Shown piece by piece: positions 1 to 12,200 of a DNA stretch of 64,000 bases. The translations under genes were made by a program, and so were the position numbers. The stretch's first letter is position 1; the number at the start of each line of letters is the position of its first letter. The stretch comes from Paraphysomonas bandaiensis (taxonomy: Eukaryota > Protista > Chrysophyceae), in NCBI GenBank assembly GCA_965644295.1, contig CBFFRP010000169.1, forward strand, positions 187,721 to 251,720, written 5' to 3'. Under the pieces are notes generated by a model, which was not told the DNA's origin, did no database searches, and saw nothing but the letters and a program-made list of their open reading frames with translations.

Positions 1-55
1 CTAGTTGAATGCTAGACAGACTATTTAGACCTCTACCCATAACGAATCAGTATAG
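1..55 (-). mobile_element. Fragment of LINE 3' UTR (same family as 6354-8026)
   Basis: ctagttgaatgctagacagactatttagacctctacccataac matches 6411-6455 and 48177-48222. Confidence 0.7.
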
Positions 56-415
56 ATTTTCTATTCATCAGCTATATGATGACTCTATGTGTGGTATACA
101 ATGTTGACGTTCACAATGTGCTCCGTAGAGTACGCTGGACTATACGAGTGTTATATAAGGTGTGTATGTACACTGTGTGCTCTTCATACAACACGCAGAA
201 CACTCTGTATATGTGTTATATGATGTGCACGTTCACTCTATGTGCACCGTTTAGTACACACTGGCTATATATGTGCTTTATGATGTGTGTTCGCTCTACA
301 CTCTATGTCCTCCGTTCAGTTCACCAGGCCTATACATGAGATGAGTCTATTTTACTGTCAAGAATTTTTTCTCAGTCATAAAATAGCTAGGAGGCGTCAT
401 TGTACAACACTCAAT

Positions 416-740
416 AGAGGGGGAGTGTTGAGATCTGAAGATTCTATATGCTTGCCATTGAGTGCAGTATTATATGTGAGATGCAAGGATCGAAAGATAT
501 AATATATATGTAATTAGGTAATTAGTATATTACATATTGTAGTATGAAACTGAAGTATAAGTTGGTGACTATACAGGATACGACTACTGAGGGTGTGGTT
601 CGTACATTATAGAAGTAAATGATTGGTGTTGAACACACACCAAATTCAACTTAGGTTCTTTATCATGTAATGTTATGATTTCAATCTTATAAAATTGAGA
701 ACAACCAATCAACCTTGCTTAGCAAATAATGTCAACTTCT
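416..740 (+). mobile_element. Possible copia-type PPT plus start of a 3' LTR
   Basis: Purine run agagggggag (416-425) is directly followed by TGTTGAG. The LTR end was not identified. Confidence 0.3.
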
Positions 741-747
741 GTTGTTA

Positions 748-1195
748 CTCAGTGTGTACAAGTTTCATATCCCCTCTATTATCTACGGTTTACTGATTAT
801 TTCATTGAGGGGGCGTATTAGGATTCATCTTAATATAAGATAGTATATGTGAAATATAATGTTCAATGAAATATATCATATTAGAATTGATCTTTATAAT
901 AGTAAAACAATGTTGTGATTATTAGAGTGTAAGTAATGAACACGATAGAGTGAAAATTATGAATAACAATATAGAACGGAATAGTTAGAAGTGTAACTGA
1001 TAATGACGACGTTATGATGACGATCACGTATCTTCGACAGATACTCTCTCTAATTCAGTAGTTCATTGTATATTTCATTGAACATTATAACTCCCAGATA
1101 CAATCATGTATTAAGCTGAATCCTAATACACCCCCTCAATGAAATAATCAGTGAACCGTAGATAATAGAGAGAATATGAACTTATACACACTGAG
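748..1195. repeat. Imperfect inverted repeat (arms ~748-875 and ~1068-1195), related to the internal segment of the 17.3-21.4 kb palindrome
   Basis: ctcagtgtgtaca...gattatttcattgagggggcgtattaggattca pairs with tgaatcctaatacacccctcaatgaaataatc...tacacactgag. A similar sequence occurs at ~18210-18245 and ~20360-20440. Confidence 0.75.
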
Positions 1196-1345
1196 AGTAA
1201 AAACCAGAGTAGCAGTCACTAGTCAATAATAAACGAACTGCAGAGATGCCATATTGTGAGACCATCCTTCTAGTCCAGCATCATGTAATGTATTGAATAA
1301 AAGTAAAAAAAATGGTAAAAACTCCGTGTAACTCAAACTAGCCAT

Positions 1346-1465
1346 AGTGAAAGTCTTTTATTTAGCAATAGGCGTTGAAGGCCTGCACCGATTTATTAGT
1401 AGCTAGATGAATGCTAGTCAACCTAGTTAGACCTCTACCCGTAACTAACCAGTACAAACTCTCAT
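1346..1465 (-). mobile_element. Short 5'-truncated LINE 3' end
   Basis: tagtgaaagtcttttatttagcaataggcgttg...gaatgctag...gacctctacccgtaact matches 6355-6470. Confidence 0.75.
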
Positions 1466-2140
1466 ATCAGAGCGCTCATATCAGTACCAGGAAAATATAG
1501 ACTTTCCATGGCATTCAACTTCAATATTCGGTTCAACAGAAGCTCACTTCTATCGTAATTATGATAATGACAGTCATATGTACGACGTACATTACGTGAT
1601 TTCATTCATACCAGTATACATACCAGAATTCTCATTTGTTTCTTAATGTTAATCAGGGAACATCTATTTCTTTTTACAGCAAGCAAGCTACTAAAAATGC
1701 TACACAAGAATCTAATATTAAGTTTTCAAAATGAGAATAAGCTACAATTTAACCTAGGGAGAAAGCTGGGATAAAGAGTATAGAGTATCGTCCCTTGTCT
1801 AAAGTTATAACGATAGTCATTGTCAATTATACTTCTAACTATTCCGTTGTGTATGATGGTTATGTCCTGCATTATTATTCACTTTTCTACAATAATTACT
1901 GTGTTCATCACATTACACTCTAATGATCACAACATTACTAAGCTTACTATTACTAAGCTTAAATCTGCATTTAACGCATCATCACCCTCGTAGTTATCTC
2001 AGCCATATGAACAAACAAAAAAATGCAACTAGCACGAGTGCTAGTGCAACTACAACGTCTTCGTCTTTGAAGACGATGCACAAAGCCACGCCCACAATGA
2101 CGATGAAAGCTTCCAAACTTGCTCGCTTATTAGAAGACTA

Positions 2141-2392
2141 TCAGTTGAACACGTGAATACAATCTACAGATTGACAGAAGTGGAATGCATACCTCTTATA
2201 AAACTCAGCTCTGGCGCTTTCTTCAGCTACAGCTCTTTCAGCGTTCGCTACTCTTTCACGTAAGGCACGCACCTCCGCAGCTGTGAGGGTAACGGTCTCC
2301 TCTCCGTCGACATCGACATCGACAGGATCGGCTATGGATGGAGGTGTGATCTGAGACATTGAAGCGAGTGCTGCTACCTCATACAGCTTCAA
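2141..2392 (-). CDS. Small coiled-coil protein of the repeat family (MSQITPPS...AEVRALRERVANAERA), probably spliced; likely ATG at MSQ
   Basis: The ORF is conserved in five intact copies, with in-frame indels only. Candidate donor AG|gtatgc and acceptor ctgatag. Confidence 0.45.
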   Translation of the reverse strand: MKLYEVAALASMSQITPPSIADPVDVDVDGEETVTLTAAEVRALRERVANAERAVAEESARAEFYKRYAFHFCQSVDCIHVFN

Positions 2393-2440
2393 CCATATCG
2401 ATATTCATGCGTTCATATCCATATGGAACAAACAACAAAC

Positions 2441-2586
2441 CAGGGGGTGGTTGTGCATATAGATTTGTTCGTTTACTTCATCGAAAAATCATCGTTTTTT
2501 CAGTGAAAAGTCACATTTTTTCACTTTTCACTGAAAAAACGATAATTTTTCGATGAAATAAACGATGAACAAATCGAACCACCCCC
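2441..2586. mobile_element. hAT-like MITE/hairpin, TIR CAGGGGGTGGTT
   Basis: Long internal inverted repeat. A full copy lies at 19217-19390. It is absent from homologous arms at ~17350 and ~21255. Confidence 0.65.
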
Positions 2587-3947
2587 AGACTTCAGACTTC
2601 ACTTCAATTGTATGTGTTCGTTTCTAACAAAGAACAAATATCCAACAGTATCTTTAACAGGCATTTCGTTTACAGCTTTCCTAAATGAACTTACTGTACA
2701 ATGGTTTCCAGAAGTCACATCGCGATATATCGCGAGTACGTTGATTTTCATACCAACAATCCTACCACACAAGTCCAGAAAAATGAATTCTGTTTTTTTG
2801 TATGGGAGTGTGTGTAGGAGGGGGGTTGAAGTGGAGATATTCTGGTGTGCAGAATTCAGCGTTTATGTAGGTGATTCAGCGTTAATGTAGGTCCCTCTTA
2901 ACGACCATATCGAGCGTATGGCTGCGTAAAGGTACTTATATATATTATATTCTTGTAGAGGACTCTTATTACTACTATGTGCCTTACTGACAATATCTAC
3001 CGTGTGTAATCAGGTCAGTATTCCCAGTGAATAAGCGAACGTCATGAAAAAACAAATATGTTCCAGTGGCCACCATAAGGCGCGATGACAACACCTAAGA
3101 ACTGTTTAAGTCTCGATATTAGGCAGTCTAATATCCCCTACCTCTCATTGGGTGGCTTCATACTCCACTACGGTTGCCACAAAGGTGTCTGGTATTACAC
3201 TTACCAGGGTCAGTCAGAGCAGTGTAAATTGATTGATGATAATTAGAATTGTTGTAGTTTCATAGAGATATGCACAAACAGGTGATGGGGGAGTGCTTAA
3301 TGCCTGTCAGTTGTTGTTTTTGCGATCCGAGCCAGGAAATGCATTGACTGTGGCCAAACATTACTGCCTTCGAATTGATTGGCAATCGAAGCAAGCCTTT
3401 GTAGTGCTACAGTTGAGAGACGTGCTGATGCGTATGCCGAACGGCAATGTCAGTGATACCGTCAAATTATTTTTTAATGTTTGCATGTGTTGAAGCGTTA
3501 AATATCGGGATGTACCAAAACCTTCATAAGATCAATTAGAAGCATATCGAGAGGACAAAACAAGAGTTATTATTGATAGTGATCCAAGTCAAGAACTATC
3601 CAGTATCAAGAATTATAGTCCAAAGCTTCATGGAATGTACAACTCGTGAAAGGTTTAAACTTGGCACAAAGGTGTACATGAATTTCTAAATGAGAAAGCA
3701 AAGAAATTAATTTCGATTAGTTTGGATATATATATTTTTAGTAAGCCAATCTTGCCTATGATTATTATTTCCGTAATTAAGTGTTTGAATCATCGCTTGG
3801 GGGTGTTGAAGTGCTGTCCGAGATAGTTTCCGGTAGTTTTAATATTTATAGATTTTGTAGTGCGTATGTATTGTGTTATATCCACACATTACACTACAAC
3901 CAACTCCATATTGGGGTAATAATATAATAAAAGCATACCGGGATACT

Positions 3948-4799
3948 GGGGGGAGGTTGTAAGGCAGTGAGGTAGCATACATGGGTGCCTTGGCTAGTGG
4001 CTATACCTAGGCAGTACGGAGAATTAGGAGAGAGGAGTGCATAATATTCAATTGTTATAAAACATATATATATATAATTTCAAGATTATGAAAGCATTAT
4101 AGACATAGCATAGAGTGTACATTAATGCTTTGGTTTCCTCTGGGGGTGATATGGGGCCTGATGGGGTGGTTCATGTAAGTGCTTGTGACTGGGGTATAAT
4201 GTATAATTAGTAGTTGGTGGGATAAGAGTTTCCATATGTGTCAACATGTGTATAAAACCAAAATATAGCTAAAAATACAATGTTCATATTGTATACAATG
4301 TACTTGTCATTTTTTTCATCATCTGGAGGTCACCTAACAGCCTCTGGTGGTTGACATATTGAGGAGAACTATATCTGTATTGGAATAGTAAATTACAAGC
4401 TTATTATTATTATTTCTTGGGTTATCTGCTGTCAACGTATATATACTTATAATTTATATGTTTTTACGGTGTCTATGAAGGTGTACTCGGCTCAAGGGCT
4501 CACTGTGATTAATTCTGGCGATATGCATATTAAGGGTGTGAGCGTGTGTCAATGTGTTTCAACTCTGTACATATTTTCACACTCTCTCTATAGAAAAGAT
4601 AAAAGTTATACGCTCTATGAGTATAAATATACATAGACTCCGTATATTTAAGTCAACTTTTGGCCTTCTACTGCTCTTCTTCTTCATACTTACCAGATCG
4701 CCTGCTTGCTCAATAAGATGCTTAATAACGACTGGAATGACTCACTTAATGATGCCATGAATAAACCTCCTCTTATCTTTCCTTTAAAGGGTTGTGACA
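3948..4799 (+). mobile_element. Possible PPT plus ~840-bp LTR of a decayed LTR retrotransposon
   Basis: A G-run PPT precedes TGTAAG at 3958. There is a TATAAATA at ~4623, AATAAA at ~4760, and a GTGACA end at 4799. No second LTR was seen. Confidence 0.35.
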
Positions 4800-5115
4800 T
4801 TGCTGTCTTATGTCGATATTGTCTTGTATTTGTTGCTATCTTTTAATGTGTCTATCACGTCTTTTATCTCTTCCACAGATAGAGCTCCATTATTGGGGTA
4901 AACCGTATGCAATAAATTACCTTTTTTACATCTACCCTTTTCTCAATAGAATGCTGTATTTTTAGGGTAAAATGGGTAAAAATAGTAAAAAAGGGAGAAA
5001 AAAATAAATTGCCGCTATCCTTTAAACTGAGGTGTGATGAATAGTGAGTGGTGATGATGAGTGAGAACTTTTCTCGTTTTTCTGGACTTGTCTGGTAGGA
5101 AACAAGGGACTCAAA

Positions 5116-5266
5116 CATATCGGCATCCTTCGTACATTTTTGTTCTATGATGCCTCTTATATTGAGTCAACAATTATCTGTATTTCAGCCGTAGTTGTAT
5201 TCAAGTAATATAGAGAATATTTACTTCGTTATATTTCCGAAAAATAAGATGCTGGCTGCCCATACG
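5116..5266. mobile_element. 151-bp MITE-like element (diverged copy of 19050-19200)
   Basis: Termini catatcggca...tgcccatacg. The body is the reverse complement of 19050-19200. Confidence 0.65.
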
Positions 5267-5286
5267 TTTGTCACATCTTTCCATTC

Positions 5287-6353
5287 GGTCATATAGTACT
5301 CTAATCTATAATATACATCACCCCAACTTTTTAGATCATCTTCCTGTATCATTCATCTTGCACTGTGCTTAATGAGATTTTTCCTTTCATCACTGCCGTT
5401 TTCAAGTCTCTTGCCCTTATATGGAACTATCTGAAGGGCAAACCGGACTCATGGAGTTCGAAGGTGTTATCAAATCCGCGTTGCAGTACCAGGACAATCT
5501 TGAAGTGAAGTATATACTTGTGGTCCCGGATGTTTCGGGTTAGTGTCGACGGGTTAGTTGACCCAAAGGTTAAACGTTTCGCAAAAGAGGAATAGACTCA
5601 GCTGCAGTTCATTTTTGGAAGAGTGGAACCGGAGAGGCTGAGCATGGTGTGAAAGCTACTCGGCAGCCATATGGAAAAGGCAAAGTGGTTGCGATTGCGG
5701 ATGACCCTGACCATTCGATCACCGAGTTGATCCCTCAGCTTACCAAGGTCAACATTCAACTTCAGCTAGAGCTCTTGCGGCGTTCGCTTCTCTTTCACGT
5801 AATGCACGCACCTCAAACGCTGTGAGGGTAACAGTGGCCTCTCCATCGACATCGACAGGATCAGCTATGGATAGAGGTGTGATCTGAGACATTGAGGCGG
5901 TCAGTGCTGCTATCTCATCCCACGTCAACCATATTCATGCGTTCATTTCCATATGTAACTTATATAGACTTTACTTCAATTGTTCGTGATCTTTAATAAA
6001 GAACAAATATTCAACAGTATCTTTAACGGGAATTTTGTTTTCTTTGTTACTAAATGATCTAAAGTTAGCATACTACGAAGTGTGACGTACACAAAACATT
6101 AGATATTAAGTCAAACATTACATCTACTACCACTTAATCTCGTATGTCTATAAATAAGACTTGCGTATTATCACTGAAAACGTAATAGTTAAGCCTATTA
6201 AATATTGCATATTTGTATGTTTTTGTTCGCACATATTCCCGACTAATATGTTTAGTGGGGAGAGTACTGGTATATATATTGCGATTATAATTCCTAGGTG
6301 TAGTTATCGTCTATTGATTGCCATTTTGAAACTACATATAACCACTTGACTAA
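5287..6353 (+). repeat. 1067-bp direct repeat, copy 1
   Basis: Identical to 8027-9093 except for one substitution seen (5374 g vs 8114 t). Contains a decayed copy of the small-ORF repeat. Confidence 0.95.
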
Positions 6354-8026
6354 GTAGTGAATGTCTGATTATTTAGCAATAGGCGTTGAGACCTTGCATC
6401 AATTAGTGGCTAGAAGAATGCTAGTCATACTAGTTAGACCACTACCCGTAACTAATCAATACAAACTCTTTTATCCTACTATTTAACGCTACGAAAGCTG
6501 CTTGTGCGTCGCCGCAAGCACCAAGGTGCAACCACTTCCGTTCTTTTTGTGTGATATGAAATTCGCCTTTATCGTGTGTCCGTGGACTCACCGGCGCTTT
6601 TGATCTGGGGGTCTCCCTTTGGGATGGGTCTCCATTGGTTTTGGAGGGGGCTCAGCATTCTGAATTAGGGTCCTGAGTGCACCTAGTTCCAGATGTGTGG
6701 GTTGGGAGTGGTGGGGATTGTTGGGAGGAGGAGTTGGGTTTGTAGTATGTGTTACTGTGCTCCTGTGGGGCCGCGGGTGTAGATAGAGTTGTCGAAGCCG
6801 TCGGCGTTGTGGAGGTCTGGGCAGTCCAGTGCTCTGTCGGGTAGGACCTGTGAGGTGTGCACGTGTGTCTGGAGTCGGATACGCTGTGGGGGGTCTTCGT
6901 TGGACCCCTAGTAGTCGAAGGACTCTCGGACGTTGTCTTGACTGACTGCGTTTCGGACGGGGTCTCGGGAGTAGCCTGGGCGGCCTTTTGGACATGGTGA
7001 TATAGCGACAACCGCGATCCTGTAACATAAGCTTCGCTGCAGTGTAAAGCGGTTGCAGGAGATTAATAACCACTGTTTCTAGGTTCCGTAGACTGTGAGC
7101 CGTCAGGTGGTTGTGTATGTCATCTCCGAAGACCGTTTCCAGTTGGGCTGCTGTGATGGTTCCAGTCCAGTATCTCTCGACCTGTGGGATGGAGGGATTC
7201 CAGGCTCTGCTGGAGAGTCTCCGTAGTGCAGATGTGATCCAGTTGGGTAAGGTCTGAGTTCTCTGTATTTCGTGTAGCACATTTTTATGCGATTGAAATG
7301 CAGTTTCCCTTATTTGGGTGATGGATTCATGTGTGCAGTCGAGGCACATATGTTTTAGGGAATCTAGTCGAAACCCGCAGTCAGAGCATGCGGCTTTGGT
7401 CAGGTCAAGCCCCTGTTTGGTTTTGGCCCGGTTCCTCCCTATGCAGAAAGATTTGTCCCATGTCAGTGCCGTGTTGAGAATTCTTTGGCGTAGATTTGAG
7501 CTGAGTTTGTCTTTGGATGCACTGCCATCCGCTTGAGCTAGTTTGCGCGGGAGGTGTACTCCGCTATTGGTCCAGTAGCCAGGCGCTCGATCAGGATTGT
7601 TTCCGTAGCGTTGATCTCTGGTTGAAGTGTAGTTCTCAAGTGTCCTTAGGTCGCAGAGATCTTGGAAATCAGTAAGGAGTGGGCTAGAGTAGTATGGCCG
7701 TCTTGTACTGTGCAAACGCCAGTGCCATAATCCAGCGGTTAGTAAGCGTTCAATGGCACTGTCAATCGCAATTGTACAGACAGTGTAGTTATTTTTTCCA
7801 AGGATGCGATCGACTTCATGCCAGTCTTCACCCGCGACTGCGTCCGCAATATAGATGCCCTTGTCCTCAAACGTCCACTCCGTTTCATCTGTGGTACGTC
7901 GTTCGGGATGGGACCTCACCCAGGTCACCTGTCTTTTGCAATCTCTACTGGCCGCGATGCTTTCGAGTAGTACCCCTTTTGCACGGTGACCGAGAGCTCT
8001 GCGTCTTGTGGAGAGTCTTGTGGAGA
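6354..8026 (-). mobile_element. 5'-truncated non-LTR retrotransposon (LINE), 3' part
   Basis: The ORF carries an RNase H C-terminal motif (TWVRSHPE...GIYIADAVA) and a CCHC knuckle (CSDC-x8-H-x4-C). The 3' UTR has an AATAA signal and is shared with four other copies. Confidence 0.85.
6588..8026 (-). CDS. C-terminal part of LINE ORF2 (RNase H end, CCHC zinc knuckle, basic tail), 5'-truncated
   Basis: ORF 6588-7928 (446 aa). The frame stays open upstream (GHRAKGVLLESIAASRDCKRQVTW) toward the truncation point. Confidence 0.8.
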
Positions 8027-9093
8027 GGTCATATAGTACTCTAATCTATAATATACATCACCCCAACTTTTTAGATCATCTTCCTGTATCATTCATCTTG
8101 CACTGTGCTTAATTAGATTTTTCCTTTCATCACTGCCGTTTTCAAGTCTCTTGCCCTTATATGGAACTATCTGAAGGGCAAACCGGACTCATGGAGTTCG
8201 AAGGTGTTATCAAATCCGCGTTGCAGTACCAGGACAATCTTGAAGTGAAGTATATACTTGTGGTCCCGGATGTTTCGGGTTAGTGTCGACGGGTTAGTTG
8301 ACCCAAAGGTTAAACGTTTCGCAAAAGAGGAATAGACTCAGCTGCAGTTCATTTTTGGAAGAGTGGAACCGGAGAGGCTGAGCATGGTGTGAAAGCTACT
8401 CGGCAGCCATATGGAAAAGGCAAAGTGGTTGCGATTGCGGATGACCCTGACCATTCGATCACCGAGTTGATCCCTCAGCTTACCAAGGTCAACATTCAAC
8501 TTCAGCTAGAGCTCTTGCGGCGTTCGCTTCTCTTTCACGTAATGCACGCACCTCAAACGCTGTGAGGGTAACAGTGGCCTCTCCATCGACATCGACAGGA
8601 TCAGCTATGGATAGAGGTGTGATCTGAGACATTGAGGCGGTCAGTGCTGCTATCTCATCCCACGTCAACCATATTCATGCGTTCATTTCCATATGTAACT
8701 TATATAGACTTTACTTCAATTGTTCGTGATCTTTAATAAAGAACAAATATTCAACAGTATCTTTAACGGGAATTTTGTTTTCTTTGTTACTAAATGATCT
8801 AAAGTTAGCATACTACGAAGTGTGACGTACACAAAACATTAGATATTAAGTCAAACATTACATCTACTACCACTTAATCTCGTATGTCTATAAATAAGAC
8901 TTGCGTATTATCACTGAAAACGTAATAGTTAAGCCTATTAAATATTGCATATTTGTATGTTTTTGTTCGCACATATTCCCGACTAATATGTTTAGTGGGG
9001 AGAGTACTGGTATATATATTGCGATTATAATTCCTAGGTGTAGTTATCGTCTATTGATTGCCATTTTGAAACTACATATAACCACTTGACTAA
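8027..9093 (+). repeat. 1067-bp direct repeat, copy 2
   Basis: Offset 2740 from copy 1. Boundaries ggtcatatag...cttgactaa. Confidence 0.95.
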
Positions 9094-9292
9094 TATTCTA
9101 ATATTCGCTTATAAATGTTTGCCTATTATAACGTGTGGTTTGATAATATACTGCCTTGTTATGCATATAATTATGCAAGCAAATACTTCGATGCTAGCCC
9201 ACATGTAACTTGGAATAGTACACTACTCTTCTGTCAATAAAAATCAGCTACTGTACACCTTCGTAGTTTAGAACTAGACACTTGTGTGATAT

Positions 9293-12200
9293 TGTAACGC
9301 TGTGGCGTTCAACTATTATTCCATCGTACTCTCTATTCTCTAGCGGGCATATAATGGACTACGGATGTCGAGAATGAGTGTGACTCACACCAGCGGTGAT
9401 ATGTTGTATTTTATGCATACTATGTTACATCTATGCTTGCATGTACACTATACTATGCCTTGCACTGCATGTCATCATTGTATTGATATCGCATTGTATG
9501 CACTCACACTTATTACTATATCACCAACATCACTCACACTATACACATATGACATACATTATACACCTCACACCATACCACACATATATGACATACATTA
9601 TACATCATATATATCATTGCATACATACTACACTTCACACTTATAACTCTGTATGCTGTATTGGTATTGATTCTTCTCTAGCTGCAGATAGAAGGAATTA
9701 GATATCAATATAGTGCATTCACATTCATCTATACCTTCTTCTATCTCTATATGTATGTGTATCACCATCTATATACATTATCACACTCTTATCACTTGCA
9801 TACTGTATGGCATATAGTGCTCGTGCTTGTATAAGATCCAAGTCTTGTCATAAGCACGATCTGCATGTATACATGACATGAATATGACGTATGTATGGTA
9901 TATGTACACATTGTATCACCTGAGGGTCCATTCATCTTGTCATGAGGCCATTAGCATTCTCTGTGTGGTCTTCATATTCCTGTGGAGCGCAGTGGACTCT
10001 AACTCCTCGTGTTCATGATGTTTGGAGCCGTGACTTGCGTCGGACGTCTGTCATTATGGACTTGACTAGGGTGCCAAGTTTCATCGTCTATCTCTTACTA
10101 GTTATGGAGCGTTGGCATGTATCTGCAATGAGCGTTAAGAGCATCATCATCTTCAGTCTCTTCTCAACTGTTGTTTTTGTCGTATGCTGTATTTGCTGTA
10201 TTTGCTGTATACTCCTGGATGCTACTCTGGTATGCGGGATGTATATGACCTTGTACTCCTCTGTATATGCGATTGTATGATGCTGTATATGATTCTGAGT
10301 ATACAGTATTGTGCTGTTGTATATTTGTATATGGTCTATAGTACAGTGACGGTATATTGTTGAGTACAAGCATATGATTGGACGATATTCTCATTTTGGT
10401 GTGCTGGAGACTCTTTTGGTTGGAGTTGGTCTTCATAGCATTCTACGGGAGTGTTCCAGAAAACTGATATGTCCACATAATCAACCAAATCTTGTACAAT
10501 CTTTTGTAGAATATTGTTCTAGATGTTATTGTGTGTTTCTAGATAGCTTGTAGAACATGAGTGGTTCTTTATGAGTTATTTTGTGTTCTGCTTGCTGTTC
10601 AGATTTATGTTAGAGTGCCTTACACCTTAACACGTAGTTAGAGGTGTCTAATTATAAGAGCTTGGGGGTGCCTGAGCTGTTGTAAGGCTTAATAACAAAC
10701 ATATTCCTCTTCTTCTTTTCCTTTCTTCTTTCTTACATTTCCTTATTATTCATATATAGTGGCTGCACCCGGTGTTATACCTCGGGTTAGCTATAGTAAA
10801 TTTACTGGCGAAAAGCAGCTTTGAAATCTGCAGATTTTGATAACATTGTTGGAAGGATATATCTACGTCAAGTTAAGATAATAGTCCCCGTCACATGGAA
10901 CTGGCCAGCAGAACTACGTTCTCTAAGGATGTGGAGGAGATTTTTGACAGATACGAGCGAAGAATGGAACAGCACATTCAGGAGATGAGTCAGAAAACTC
11001 TAGACATGATCAGTCAACTTGGGCAGCAGTTTGTTGGACAGATTCTGGAGGTGCTTCAAAAATCTGAACAGATGCTGGAGAACCCCTCAGATGCGCCTGT
11101 TTCCTGTCCTGAGATTACTACCACGGAAGCGGCTGACCACAAACAAGAAGACTGTGCTTCATCTCAGCAGGAGCTTGGTATGGAACCTAAGGCATCTATG
11201 GTTCAGGAGGATGGCAATGCAGTCTCGCGAGTGTCAATTCCAGGGACAGAGACCATCAATGCTGATGCAAACCGGCTTTCTATCCATGTCCGAGTTCAAG
11301 GGGTACAGCAGCTCCGGTCCTCTCAACGTGAGATGATTTGTTCCAGTCCCGGGAAGTCCAGCTTGGTCCTAACTAACAAGTCTTTCCTCCCCAACCCTGT
11401 ACAGGGAATAATGGGTGATTTCCAGAATATTCCAGGATTTATCCGGCCTTATACTTGGGTGATGGCAATTTTTGAGGAACATGGTCCTGGGCCGCCACCT
11501 TGGGTCAGATTAGAGTGTTGATTCACAATTTGGGCTGTTACAAAGCCTCTAGATGCAGTTCGGCGGATTGGCTCTGTATTTTTGGTGTGCATGGAGCAAT
11601 GACTCTCATACTCCGGAATCCCCTACATTGCAGCGCGTGCATCACCTATAAGTTTGAGCAGCTAGAGATTTTCAACAGTTATTATGAAGAGGAGATCGGG
11701 AGCATGTGGTATCAAGGAGCATTTTCTACTAGAAGATTCATCAAGACGAGATTTTACTTGACTTGTCATTTGGGATTATTGTGTGGGAGTTCTATGGACT
11801 GTTCATATTGATAACAACTGTGAGAAAGAGAGAGAAGAGAGGGCAGTGTACAGCGGCGCTGCAACAACTGATCAACGGTATCCAACTGTAAAAGAGGAAA
11901 GCAAGGGTAGTGTAACGCTGTGGCGTTCAACTATTATTCCATCGTACTCTCTATTCTCTAGCGGGCATATAATGGACTACGGATGTCGAGAATGAGTGTG
12001 ACTCACACCAGCGGTGATATGTTGTATTTTATGCATACTATGTTACATCTATGCTTGCATGTACACTATACTATGCCTTGCACTGCATGTCATCATTGTA
12101 TTGATATCGCATTGTATGCACTCACACTTATTACTATATCACCAACATCACTCACACTATACACATATGACATACATTATACACCTCACACCATACCACA

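Larger units (their letters stand above)
1498..2670 (-). repeat. Dispersed partial copy of the palindrome arm (contains small ORF 2141-2392 and a MITE)
   Basis: Near-identical to 18247-19048 and to the reverse complement of 19391-20355. Confidence 0.85.

Noticed and set aside
1923-2156. MITTLLSLLLL...YQLNT ORFs (also 17676-17861, 18571-18804, 19679-19912, 20778-20966)
   Set aside because: They are antisense to the 3' part of the repeat-family gene. Conservation is explained by the repeat itself.
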